The notes beneath the pieces are model-generated. The model was not told the origin of the DNA. It saw only the letters and a program-made list of their open reading frames with translations, and made no database searches. 32,093 bases of DNA from Bryobacterales bacterium (GTDB taxonomy: Bacteria > Acidobacteriota > Terriglobia > Bryobacterales > JACQDG01): the NCBI GenBank assembly GCA_035632135.1, contig DASQHK010000318.1, positions 1 through 32,093 of the forward strand, written 5' to 3'. The position numbers were made by a program, and so were the translations under genes. Below, piece by piece: positions 21,920 through 30,304 of the stretch. How positions within the stretch are numbered: the first letter of the stretch is position 1; every line of letters begins with the position of its first letter.

Positions 21920-22888
21920 ATGGCGATTGACACGCAGCTTTCGCAGGAAGAAATCGACCGGCTGTTTCGCGAGGCGAGCAGCGTGGGAGTGGAAGAGGCT
22001 CGCCAGGCGGCGAAGAAGTCGTTCATCTACGATTTTCGCCGGCCGGACCGCATCCCCAAGGAACAGTTGCGCTCCATCCATCTGCTGCACGACTTTTTCG
22101 CCCGCAACCTGGCCAGCTCGCTGGGCGCCTACCTGCGGGCCTACGTGGTGGTGCACCTGGTGTCGGTGGAGCAGCTTTCCTTCGCTGAATTCTTGCAGTA
22201 CCTGCCCACGCCGACCTGCATCGCCACGGTAGGGATGAAGCCGCTCGACGGCAACGCGGTGCTCGAAATCAACCCTTCGCTGGTGTTCCCGATTCTGGAC
22301 ATTCTGCTGGGCGGCAACGGCAAGGCCAGCATGAAGGAGTTTCGGGAACTCACCGAAATCGAGCAGAGCATCATCGAAGGCGTGCTGCGCATTGTGCTGC
22401 ATGATCTGAGCGAGACCTGGAGGCCGGTGGCGGAGATCAACTTCTCGATCGAGGAGATGGAGACGCAGCCCCAGTTGATCCAGATTCTGTCGCCCAACGA
22501 AGCCATCGTGGCGGTTGGCTTCGAGATCACCACCGGCGAGAATCGCGGGATGATGAACTTCGGCATCCCCTCGATCATGGTGAAGATGCTCGGCCAGCAG
22601 TTCGAGCAGCAGTGGTCGATCCGGCGCAAGACGGGCAACGACGCGGAGCAGCAGATGATGCAGAGGCTGGTGAGCGCGCTGCCGGTGACGCTGGACGCGC
22701 GGCTGGAGGGCGCCACCATCCGCACCGACGACCTGCTGCACCTGGAACAGGGCGACGTGGTGACTTTCGACATCCCGCTCAGCCGGCCTGTTCACATGAA
22801 CGTGAACGGCCAGCGCAAGTTCGAGGGCGAGGTGGTGATGGCGGGGAAGAACCGCGCTGTGCTGATTCACAGCGTGCCGGAGTACTGA
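21920..22888 (+). CDS. fliM: flagellar motor switch protein FliM
   Basis: 322 aa from ATG 21920. MAIDTQLSQEEIDRLF places the CheY-P-binding LSQxEIDxL peptide at the extreme N-terminus, as in characterised FliM. FIYDFRRPDRIPKEQLRSIHLLHDFFARNL is also conserved. The C-terminal SpoA-like segment is LHLEQGDVVTFDIPLSRPVHMNVNG. Confidence 0.9.
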   Translation: MAIDTQLSQEEIDRLFREASSVGVEEARQAAKKSFIYDFRRPDRIPKEQLRSIHLLHDFFARNLASSLGAYLRAYVVVHLVSVEQLSFAEFLQYLPTPTCIATVGMKPLDGNAVLEINPSLVFPILDILLGGNGKASMKEFRELTEIEQSIIEGVLRIVLHDLSETWRPVAEINFSIEEMETQPQLIQILSPNEAIVAVGFEITTGENRGMMNFGIPSIMVKMLGQQFEQQWSIRRKTGNDAEQQMMQRLVSALPVTLDARLEGATIRTDDLLHLEQGDVVTFDIPLSRPVHMNVNGQRKFEGEVVMAGKNRAVLIHSVPEY

Positions 22889-22924
22889 GGACGCTTACGG
22901 GAACGCTTCCAGGCGGCATTGACG

Positions 22925-23833
22925 ATGCAACGAGACACTGATTCTCGGCAGGCACGCAACTCGGAGGCCGCGGCCGACTGGCTTTCGGCGGCCTTCGAGC
23001 AGGCGCTCACGCGGGCGCTGGAGTCCATGGCCGGGGCCGGGACGCTGGCGGGCGTCTCGTGGTGCACCTCCCCGGCCGACCCCTCAGGGTGGGGCGCCTG
23101 GAGGTCGCCGGTGTGGCGGCGGCTGGCGCTCGAGACCGCTGCGAGCGCCGGCGTGTGGGCCGGCTGCGGAGCGGAAACCGTCACCGCCCTCGGCCGCCTG
23201 GCGGCCGGCGACCCGACGCTCGCGGAAGCAGAGTGCCAGGGCGCGTACCTCGAGATGCTCAGCCAGGCGGCCGCTGCGGCCGGGGATCTCATCGCGCTGC
23301 GCTTGGGCAAGCGTGTGAGCTTTTCCGCCCCGGAAGCGGCGGAGGCGGCCCCGGACACGGCCTACGCCGTTCACATCGAGTGCGTCGTCGCGGGCGCCAC
23401 GCACGTGATCGCCCTGGCGCCCAACGCGGCCCTGATGCAGAGCCTCGACGCCGCCCCCGACTCTTCGCCGCCGTCCTCGCCGGCGGCCTCTTCGTCAGGG
23501 CCGCCGCAGGCTCCGCCGGCCGTTCGCGCTGCGGCCGGGGACCCGCTCAGCTCCACCGCCTCGCAGCCACAGCCGCGCAACATGGATCTGCTGCTGGAAG
23601 TGGAGCTGCCCGTCTGTGTGACGTTTGGACGCACCCAACTGCCGCTCAAGGACGTGCTGAAGCTTTCTTCCGGCTCCATCGTCGAGCTGAACCGGCTGGC
23701 CAACGAGCCGGTCGAAGTGCTGATCAACGACTGTGTGATCGCCCGTGGCGAGGTGGTGGTGGTGGACGGCAATTACGGCATCCGGGTGACCGAGATTGTC
23801 AGCCGGCAGGAGCGGATCCGGTCGATTCTTTAG
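22925..23833 (+). CDS. fliY: FliY-like switch protein (long FliN paralogue: N-terminal CheC/FliM-middle-like region, Pro/Ser linker, C-terminal SpoA domain)
   Basis: The C-terminal MDLLLEVELPVCVTFGRTQLPLKDVLKLSSGSIVELNRLANEPVEVLINDCVIARGEVVVVDGNYGIRVTEIV is a full FliN/SpoA domain. The ~170-aa N-terminal region has two helix motifs (FEQALTRALESMAG, YLEMLSQAAAAAG) reminiscent of CheC-fold repeats. ATG at 22925; an alternative TTG lies at 22919. Confidence 0.75.
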   Translation: MQRDTDSRQARNSEAAADWLSAAFEQALTRALESMAGAGTLAGVSWCTSPADPSGWGAWRSPVWRRLALETAASAGVWAGCGAETVTALGRLAAGDPTLAEAECQGAYLEMLSQAAAAAGDLIALRLGKRVSFSAPEAAEAAPDTAYAVHIECVVAGATHVIALAPNAALMQSLDAAPDSSPPSSPAASSSGPPQAPPAVRAAAGDPLSSTASQPQPRNMDLLLEVELPVCVTFGRTQLPLKDVLKLSSGSIVELNRLANEPVEVLINDCVIARGEVVVVDGNYGIRVTEIVSRQERIRSIL

Positions 23834-23884
23834 GCCCGCAGCGCAGCTTTGGGGCGCCCTGGCCAAGGAGAAACGAGCAAAACG

Positions 23885-24280
23885 ATGACAAGCGGGCTGC
23901 AGTTGATTCCCCTGGCGCTCGAAGCCATACTGGCGGCTCTGGTCTGGCTGCTGTATCGCCGCGCCGGCGGTGCACGGCGCGACCTTCTAGCGCTCGAGAC
24001 CGCGCAGGGCCTGATGAAGAAGAGGTTCGAGGCCGCCACCGCCGGGTTGCATCTGCGGCTGCTGCACGTGGAGCGGCAGTTGCGGCAGGCCCCGCCCGAG
24101 ATACCCTCTGCCGGCCGCGTCGCGCTCCGCACTGTTGAGACCCACGAGCGCAGCATCGTCCCACCAGCGGTGCGGCCCCTCGCTGCCGATCCCACTCACC
24201 CTCGCGACCGGCTTTCTCGTGGAGAGATGGATTTACTGCGAAAGGTCCGGCAACTGACGGCAGCAGGCAGCAGGCCGTAA
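23885..24280 (+). CDS. hypothetical small membrane-anchored protein (last gene of the plus-strand flagellar block)
   Basis: 131 aa from ATG 23885 (AAGGAG at 23865-70; an alternative TTG lies at 23849). It has one N-terminal TM helix (LQLIPLALEAILAALVWLLY), then a helical, Arg-rich segment. Third-position G+C is high, which is consistent with coding. No family recognised. Confidence 0.5.
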   Translation: MTSGLQLIPLALEAILAALVWLLYRRAGGARRDLLALETAQGLMKKRFEAATAGLHLRLLHVERQLRQAPPEIPSAGRVALRTVETHERSIVPPAVRPLAADPTHPRDRLSRGEMDLLRKVRQLTAAGSRP

Positions 24281-24348
24281 GCAACGGGCCGTAAGCCGCA
24301 GGGAGAGCTTGGTGTGGCGGCGCCTTCTGTATGGCGCCCGGCGCTCGC

Positions 24349-25149
24349 TCAGGCGAGGCCGTACGACTTCAGTTCTACGGCCGTCACCCACGGCGTTTTC
24401 AGCGCCAGTCCCAGATCAAACAACTTCGCTCCGTGGGGTCCCTGGATCAGCAGTTGGTGGTTGTAAAAGCTCAGATCCGGGCGGCCGGGGAACACCTCGT
24501 AGGAAGACAGTTGGGAGAATTGGAACAAGCTGACGTCAAGCCCCTGCCGCGCCATTTCTTGTTGCAGCGGGGCGAGCGACAGCGGCGGATCCATGGGACT
24601 GTATTCGCTCAAGTCCATACCCGGCACGGTCAGGTGGGAGGCAGCGGCGACGCTGGCCGGGGCAGAAGCGGGAGCGGCCGGGGGCGTGGCGGCCGGCGTG
24701 GCAGGTGAGCTTGGCGCCGGAGGCGTGGCGGGCAGCACGGTTGCCGGCAGCGCCGGCGCGGGCGAGGCAGTCGCCGGCTGCACCGTGGCGGGCAAAATGT
24801 TCGCCGCCTGTAGCGGTGTAGCGGGGGTCACGGCGGTTGCAGCCGGCTGCGGGCGGGGCGGCTCTGCCAGCGCCGCCGCGGAGCGCGAAACCGTTTTTAG
24901 CGGCAGGCCGGTGCGGGTGCTGCGAACCTGCGCGCCGGGCGGGGAAAAAGTCGACCGCGCGTGCGCCAAGACCGGTTGCGGATTGCTCTTGGCGGCGCTA
25001 GAAGCCGCAGCGGGACCTCCCTCGAACAACTCCTGGAAGTGATTGCGCCAGGGCCGTGAGGCATAGCCCGGGGCTTTTCGCCCCGGCGCGGTTTTGGGCG
25101 CGGGAAGTTCTGCCTGTTTCGTAGTGGACTGCCGCAGCAAGGTAATCAT
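24349..25149 (-). CDS. hypothetical protein, Pro/Ala/Thr-rich centre with globular-looking C-terminal ~95 aa
   Basis: 266 aa, ATG at 25149 with SD GGGGAG 6 nt upstream. The centre has LPAT/PATP repeats. The C-terminal segment is PGMDLSEYSPMDPPLSLAPLQQEMARQGLDVSLFQFSQLSSYEVFPGRPDLSFYNHQLLIQGPHGAKLFDLGLALKTPWVTAVELKSYG. No family recognised. Confidence 0.55.
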   Translation of the reverse strand: MITLLRQSTTKQAELPAPKTAPGRKAPGYASRPWRNHFQELFEGGPAAASSAAKSNPQPVLAHARSTFSPPGAQVRSTRTGLPLKTVSRSAAALAEPPRPQPAATAVTPATPLQAANILPATVQPATASPAPALPATVLPATPPAPSSPATPAATPPAAPASAPASVAAASHLTVPGMDLSEYSPMDPPLSLAPLQQEMARQGLDVSLFQFSQLSSYEVFPGRPDLSFYNHQLLIQGPHGAKLFDLGLALKTPWVTAVELKSYGLA

Positions 25150-25317
25150 GACAAGCTCCCCGGCAGCATGTGCAAGTCATGCTCCAAAACCCGCATTGCG
25201 TAAGCCCCGGCTTCTGCTCGCCTTACCGGATGCCAGCCGGCGGGCGGCGCGACAAGACGGCGGCGCCTGCCAATTCCTTGCCGCGAAACTCCTCTCGAGC
25301 GGCGGCCGCGCTTTGGT

Positions 25318-27681
25318 TTACGGTTTCTCCGGCACCCAGGAGAACAGCACGCGCCGCTCGGCCGCGTCCACCCGGTCGACGCGCACGGTGAGCCGGTCGC
25401 CGAGGGCAAACTTCCGCTTGCGGCGCTCCCCGACGATGGCCCGCAGGCTTTGTCGAAAGGTGTAGCGGTCGCCGGCGAGCGTCTCAATCGGCACCAGCCC
25501 CTCGATGAACAGGTCGAGCAACTCGACGAAGAGGCCGTGCTTGGTGACGCTCACCACAATGGCGTCAAACTCGTCGCCCAGCCGCTCTTCGAGGAACCGC
25601 GCCTTCTTCCATTCGAGCAGCTCGCGCTCGGCGTCGGCGGCGCGCCGCTCGGTAAAGGAGCACTCTTCAGCGATGGCGCGCAGAACGCTCGCCGCCGTGG
25701 ACCCGGCCGCGCCGGTCATCGCTCTCGAGCGTGCCCCGTGCCGCCCCGCTGCCTGGCCCGGCGGCAGCTCGGAGAGGCCCCCGGAGGGCGTCCCGCGACC
25801 CAACGCCGTCTTCAGCAGCCGATGCGCCACCAGGTCGGGGTAGCGGCGGATGGGCGAGGTGAAGTGCGTGTAGCAGGGCGAGGCGAGGGCGAAATGGCCA
25901 CGGTTTTCCTCGCTATAGCGGGCCTGCTTGAGCGAGCGCAGCATCAGGTAGCTCAGGATGCGCTCCTCGGGCTTGCCCGCGAGGCGCGCGATCAGCCGCT
26001 GGTAGTGCTGCGAGGTAATGGGAACGTCTCCCTCCGGCAGGATCAGGCTGCGCCGGCCCTTGGTGTGGTCGCGATGGCGCACCGTGAAGCCGAAATCACG
26101 CGCCGGCACGCGCCCCACGCCGAGTGAGTAGCCGAAGCCCGCCGCCACCTGCTCGAACTCCATCACCCGCCGGGGATCCGGCTTTTCGTGGATGCGGTAG
26201 AGCGAGGCCGCGAGGCGCTTTTCGAGCAGCGAGGCCACCGCTTCGTTGGCCGCCAGCATGAACTCCTCGATCAGCCGGTGGGCGATGTTGCGCTCGGCGC
26301 GCGCGATGCCGGCGACCATCCCCGCCTCGTCGAATTCGATCACCGGCTCCGGGAGGTCGAAGTCGATGGAGCCGCGCTTGTGGCGCCGACGGTTGAGAAT
26401 GCGCGCCAGCTCGGCCATCGTCTCGAAGCGCGGCGAGACCCTCGCGTAGCGCTCCCGCAGTCCTGCATCGCTTTCGAGCACCAGGTTGACGTCGGTGTAG
26501 GTCATCCGCTCGGCGCTGCGGATCACCCCTTCGCAGAAGTCCGCGGCGACAAAGTCGCCGTGCGGATCGAGCTCCAGCAGCACGGAGAGCACCAGCCGGT
26601 CGGCGCGCGGGTTGAGCGAGCAGACGCCGGTTGAAAGCTCATACGGCAGCATGGGCACGGCGCGGTCGGGGAAATAGACGCTGGTGCCGCGCAGCCGCGC
26701 CTCGCGGTCGAGCGCCGTCCCCTCGCGCACGTAATGCGAGACGTCGGCGATATGCACTTGCAGTTGGTAGTGGCCCTCGGGCGTCCGCTCCACCCACACG
26801 GCGTCGTCAAAGTCGCGCGCCGTTTCGCCGTCGATGGTCACTACGTCAAGCCGGCGGAAGTCCCGCCGCCGCTCCATCTCCTCGGCGCGGATCACCGTCT
26901 CCAGGCTCTCGGCCTCTTCGATCACTTCGGGCGGGAAGCGGTGGGGCAGGTGGTGCTTGCGGATCATGATCTCGACGTCGATGCCGAAATCGCCGGGCCT
27001 GCCCAGCACTTCGATCACGCGGCCGCGGGCGCGCTCGGCAAGCGTCGGGTAGTCGGTGATCTCCACGTTGACCACCGCGCCGTCCAGCTCCTCGGCGGCC
27101 GCCACCTCGAGGCGTTTCACGTCGCCCAGCCGGTCGGCGGAATGCCGCGCGCCGGCCCCGGTCTCGGGCGGCAGCTCGGCTCCCCGCGCGATCAGGATGT
27201 TCTCGCGAATCTTCTCGTCGTAGGGGACCACGTGGCTGCCGCGCCGGCTGTAGTGAAACTCGCCCACCACCTCGGCGTGGGCGCGCGCGAGCACGCGCAC
27301 CAGCCGCCCGTCTGACGGCCCCCGCAGGCGCACCAGCACCCGGTCGCCGTGCATGGCGCCCGCCGCCGATCCGGCGTCCACGTAGATGTCCTGCTGCCGG
27401 ACGCTCGTTGCGCCGCCCGGGCCCTGGTCTGGTATTACAAAGCCATAGCCGTCGCGGTGGAGGCTGATGCGGCCGGTGACGTATTCGCTCTGCCGATCGG
27501 CCAGCATGTAGTGGCCCGACCGCGTCTCAATCAGCCGCCCGCGCTCCACCAGCCGCTCGAGCAACTGGTCCAGCTCGCGGCGCTCCTCGCCGCGCGTCCC
27601 CAGCTCGCGGACCAGTTGCTTGTAGCCCGCCTGGCCGTGCGGCAGCCGCCCGATGTGCTCGATCAGCGATTCCGCGTCCAC
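25318..27681 (-). CDS. rnr: ribonuclease R (RNB family 3'-5' exoribonuclease with C-terminal S1 domain)
   Basis: 787 aa, GTG start. RNB motifs are VTIDGETARDFDDAVWVE, VHIADVSHYV and HFALASPCYTHFTSPIRRYPDLVAHR. The C-terminal S1-like segment is FDAIVVSVTKHGLFVELLDLFIEGLVPI. Confidence 0.95.
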   Translation of the reverse strand: MDAESLIEHIGRLPHGQAGYKQLVRELGTRGEERRELDQLLERLVERGRLIETRSGHYMLADRQSEYVTGRISLHRDGYGFVIPDQGPGGATSVRQQDIYVDAGSAAGAMHGDRVLVRLRGPSDGRLVRVLARAHAEVVGEFHYSRRGSHVVPYDEKIRENILIARGAELPPETGAGARHSADRLGDVKRLEVAAAEELDGAVVNVEITDYPTLAERARGRVIEVLGRPGDFGIDVEIMIRKHHLPHRFPPEVIEEAESLETVIRAEEMERRRDFRRLDVVTIDGETARDFDDAVWVERTPEGHYQLQVHIADVSHYVREGTALDREARLRGTSVYFPDRAVPMLPYELSTGVCSLNPRADRLVLSVLLELDPHGDFVAADFCEGVIRSAERMTYTDVNLVLESDAGLRERYARVSPRFETMAELARILNRRRHKRGSIDFDLPEPVIEFDEAGMVAGIARAERNIAHRLIEEFMLAANEAVASLLEKRLAASLYRIHEKPDPRRVMEFEQVAAGFGYSLGVGRVPARDFGFTVRHRDHTKGRRSLILPEGDVPITSQHYQRLIARLAGKPEERILSYLMLRSLKQARYSEENRGHFALASPCYTHFTSPIRRYPDLVAHRLLKTALGRGTPSGGLSELPPGQAAGRHGARSRAMTGAAGSTAASVLRAIAEECSFTERRAADAERELLEWKKARFLEERLGDEFDAIVVSVTKHGLFVELLDLFIEGLVPIETLAGDRYTFRQSLRAIVGERRKRKFALGDRLTVRVDRVDAAERRVLFSWVPEKP

Positions 27682-27794
27682 GTCTCGATCTTACTCTCCT
27701 CCGCCGAGCCAGGGCTGTATTGGGGCAACTGCGGCCTTCGTGCTACCGTCTAATCAGCAGGCGGGCTGCGGCCAGCCTGCCGGGGAGGCGGATC

Positions 27795-29510
27795 ATGCGT
27801 GCGGCTGGTGCGGCTCTCGCCCTTTCCATCCTGTTCCCGGCGGCTCTGTTTGCCGCCGATCTGCACTTGCGCTTCGCCCGCGTCACCCTGGCCGAAGGTC
27901 CGGTGCAGGTGGAACTGCCGGCGACCGGCGAGCGTGTGCCGGCGGAGCGCAACCTTCCCGTTGGGCAGGGTTCCTGGGTCGAAACGGTCGCCGGCGGCCG
28001 CGCCGAGCTGGCGCTCGATGAGGGCAGCCTGATCCGCCTGGCGTCGGATTCTCTGGCGGAGCTTTCCGATTTGACGCGGCTTTCCACCGCCCAGCGCATC
28101 ACCCTGATTTCGGTGGAGCGCGGAACCTTCTACGCGACCGCCGAGCCGGCCGGCCTGGACGCTTTCGTGGTCGTGGCTCCCGGAATGGAAATCACATTCC
28201 TCGCCGGCTCCCGCATCCGCGTTGACGTCACCAAAGAAACCTCCACCGTCGCCGTGATGGAAGGCAGCGTCCGCTTCAGCTCGCGCGCCGCGGAGCTGGA
28301 TCTCCAGGAGGGCCAGACCGTCCGGGTCAACCCGCAGGCGCTCGACCAATTCCAGTTGTTCCGCGAGGTGGTGGCCGGCGATCTCGACCGCTGGAGTGAG
28401 CAGCGCGATAAGGAAACGATTCCGTGGACGGCCAGCCCCCCGCTCGCTGGTTTTCCCGCCGGCCTGGGCGAACTGGAAGCTTACGGCAAGTGGATGCAAA
28501 CCACCGGCCTCGGCGCCCGCCCGGTCCCCGCCTGGCAGCCGCACGTGCCACAGGGCTGGAAGCCTTTCCAATTGGGGCGCTGGCGCTGGCAGGGAGGTCT
28601 TGGTTATACCTGGATATCAGCAGAACTGTGGGGGTGGCTGCCCTATCACTACGGCCGCTGGGTGTATCGGCCGCCCAGCGGCTGGCTGTGGGTTCCGCAG
28701 GGCGCCCCGGACGACGCCGCCGGCATTTCGTTCCACGCCGGCGACGCCTACTGGCTGCGCTCGGCCGGCCTGGTCGGCTGGGGGCCGCTGGCTCCGGGCG
28801 AGCAATGGCGCGCGGATGCGCGGCCGTCACTCTACTCGCCGGCCAACACCACCTTCGCCCCTTACACGCCCGGGGCCCGCGTGATCGAGCCCAGCGCGGC
28901 CGTGCGCGTGCCGCCGGACCCGCTTCGGGAGGGCCAGTTTCTCGCTGCTTTGCCGGCCCCGCCGCAGCCGGTGGTCACGGCCACGCGCAAGCGGCCGACG
29001 CGCGTCGGCACCACGCGCATTCTCCCGATCGCCGCCGACCAGGCTTATAATCCCGATGCCGCGCTCGGCGGCGGAAGTTCCGGAACGGGTGCCGGCGGGA
29101 TTCAAGTGGTCGGCGCCGAGCCGGCTTCTCCCGAGCCTGCGGCCGCCGCGCCGGCTCCGCTTCCTACCTATTACAACTATCAAGCTGCGCCGGCGCCCGC
29201 CGCGCCTCCCTCAGCCGACTATGCCCCCGGCGGGACAGTCTATGTGCCCGGGGTCGTGGTCATCGAGCAGGTTCCGGGCGGCCAGCCACGCGACGGGCGC
29301 GATCACAATCGTGATGAGAATCGCGGCGGCGTCCGCGGCGGTGAGCGCCATGGCGCCCGCGCTCCAGCCGCCCCGGCGGCCCCGCCCAAGCCCGGTGGCC
29401 AGCCGGCGCCACCCCCGAAGCAGCAGACCGCAACTCCCTCGGGAACTCCCGAGCACGGCACGCGCCTGCGCACGCCCGAGGCCGGCGAAGACGCCGCCCA
29501 CCGCCGCTAA
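27795..29510 (+). CDS. secreted FecR-domain protein with Trp-rich (YGxW / HYGRW) middle region and Pro/Ala/Arg-rich tail
   Basis: 571 aa from ATG 27795 (GGAGG 6 nt upstream). Signal peptide MRAAGAALALSILFPAALFA. The FecR-like beta-rich segment is GSWVETVAGGRAELALDEGSLIRLASDSLAEL...VMEGSVRF. It is followed by LEAYGKWMQT...WKPFQLGRWRWQGGLGYTWISAELWGWLPYHYGRWVYRPPSGWLWVP. Confidence 0.65.
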   Translation: MRAAGAALALSILFPAALFAADLHLRFARVTLAEGPVQVELPATGERVPAERNLPVGQGSWVETVAGGRAELALDEGSLIRLASDSLAELSDLTRLSTAQRITLISVERGTFYATAEPAGLDAFVVVAPGMEITFLAGSRIRVDVTKETSTVAVMEGSVRFSSRAAELDLQEGQTVRVNPQALDQFQLFREVVAGDLDRWSEQRDKETIPWTASPPLAGFPAGLGELEAYGKWMQTTGLGARPVPAWQPHVPQGWKPFQLGRWRWQGGLGYTWISAELWGWLPYHYGRWVYRPPSGWLWVPQGAPDDAAGISFHAGDAYWLRSAGLVGWGPLAPGEQWRADARPSLYSPANTTFAPYTPGARVIEPSAAVRVPPDPLREGQFLAALPAPPQPVVTATRKRPTRVGTTRILPIAADQAYNPDAALGGGSSGTGAGGIQVVGAEPASPEPAAAAPAPLPTYYNYQAAPAPAAPPSADYAPGGTVYVPGVVVIEQVPGGQPRDGRDHNRDENRGGVRGGERHGARAPAAPAAPPKPGGQPAPPPKQQTATPSGTPEHGTRLRTPEAGEDAAHRR

Positions 29511-29541
29511 GCGATCGCTACACGGGCGCTACACTGTTCCC

Positions 29542-30300
29542 ATGGACAAATTGATCGGCGTGCACGCGGTCGCCGAGGCGCTCCAGGCCGGCCGCGCCAT
29601 CGAGCACGTGCTGGTGGCTCGCGGAGCCGGCAACGCGCGCCTGCAGCAGATCATCGACCACTGCCGACGGGACGGCGTCCCGCTGCGCTTTGAGCCGCGC
29701 GCGGCCCTGGACCGCGCGGCGCAATCGAGCGCTCACCAGGGCGTGGTGGCGTTCGCCGCGGCGCACCGCTACCGCGAGCTGGAGGATGTAGTTCCCCCCG
29801 GCTCCGCGCTGCTCGTGCTGCTCGATGGCGTGGAAGACCCCCACAACCTCGGCGCGATCATCCGCACCGCCTACGCCGCCGGCGCCGGGGCGGTGGTCAT
29901 TCCCGAGCGGCGCGCCGCCGGCCTCACCGAAACCGTCGCCAAAGCCGCGGCCGGCGCCCTCGAGTACCTCCCCGTGGCCCGCGTGCCCAACTTGAACCGT
30001 GCGCTCGAGTTTCTGAAGGAGAAGGAATACTGGATCTTCGGCCTCGACGAGCGCGCGGAGCGGAGCTACGACCAGGCCGATTATCGCGGCCGGGCCGCCA
30101 TCGTGCTCGGCGGCGAAGGCAAGGGCCTGCACCAGCAGGTGGCGCGGCATTGTGATTTCCTGGTGAAGATCCCTGTCGCCGGGCGCATCGCCTCCCTGAA
30201 CGTGTCCGTCGCCGCGGGCATCGTCCTGTTTGAGGCGCTGCAGCAGCGCCGCTCGCCGCCGGAATCGCCCCCGCAGCCGCCGGAAACTGCCGATAAGTAA
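29542..30300 (+). CDS. rlmB: 23S rRNA (guanosine-2'-O)-methyltransferase RlmB-type (SpoU/TrmH family)
   Basis: 252 aa from ATG 29542. It has an N-terminal SpoU_sub_bind-like segment (IGVHAVAEALQAGRAIEHVLVARG). SpoU motifs are LDGVEDPHNLGAIIRTAYAAGAGAVV, IVLGGEGKGL and IPVAGRIASLNVSVAAGIVLFE. Confidence 0.85.
   Translation: MDKLIGVHAVAEALQAGRAIEHVLVARGAGNARLQQIIDHCRRDGVPLRFEPRAALDRAAQSSAHQGVVAFAAAHRYRELEDVVPPGSALLVLLDGVEDPHNLGAIIRTAYAAGAGAVVIPERRAAGLTETVAKAAAGALEYLPVARVPNLNRALEFLKEKEYWIFGLDERAERSYDQADYRGRAAIVLGGEGKGLHQQVARHCDFLVKIPVAGRIASLNVSVAAGIVLFEALQQRRSPPESPPQPPETADK
30289..30296 (+). promoter_or_regulatory. sigma-28-type -10 octamer GCCGATAA 8 nt upstream of the EAL-HDOD start codon
   Basis: ...CCGGAAACTGCCGATAAGTAAGCGGATG.... 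The exact GCCGATAA lies inside the last codons of rlmB. No SD lies between it and ATG 30305. No clear TAAA -35. Confidence 0.35.
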
Positions 30301-30304
30301 GCGG

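Noticed and set aside
24319-24338. GGCGCC-TTCTGTAT-GGCGCC hairpin between the convergent genes, considered as a bidirectional terminator
   Set aside because: The stem is only 6 bp and there is no U-tract on either strand. This is too weak to annotate.
24640-24860. LPAT repeats in the 266-aa hypothetical protein, considered as sortase (LPXTG) signals
   Set aside because: No Gly follows the motif. There is no C-terminal hydrophobic/positively charged anchor and no signal peptide. The motif is part of a low-complexity Pro/Ala/Thr tract.
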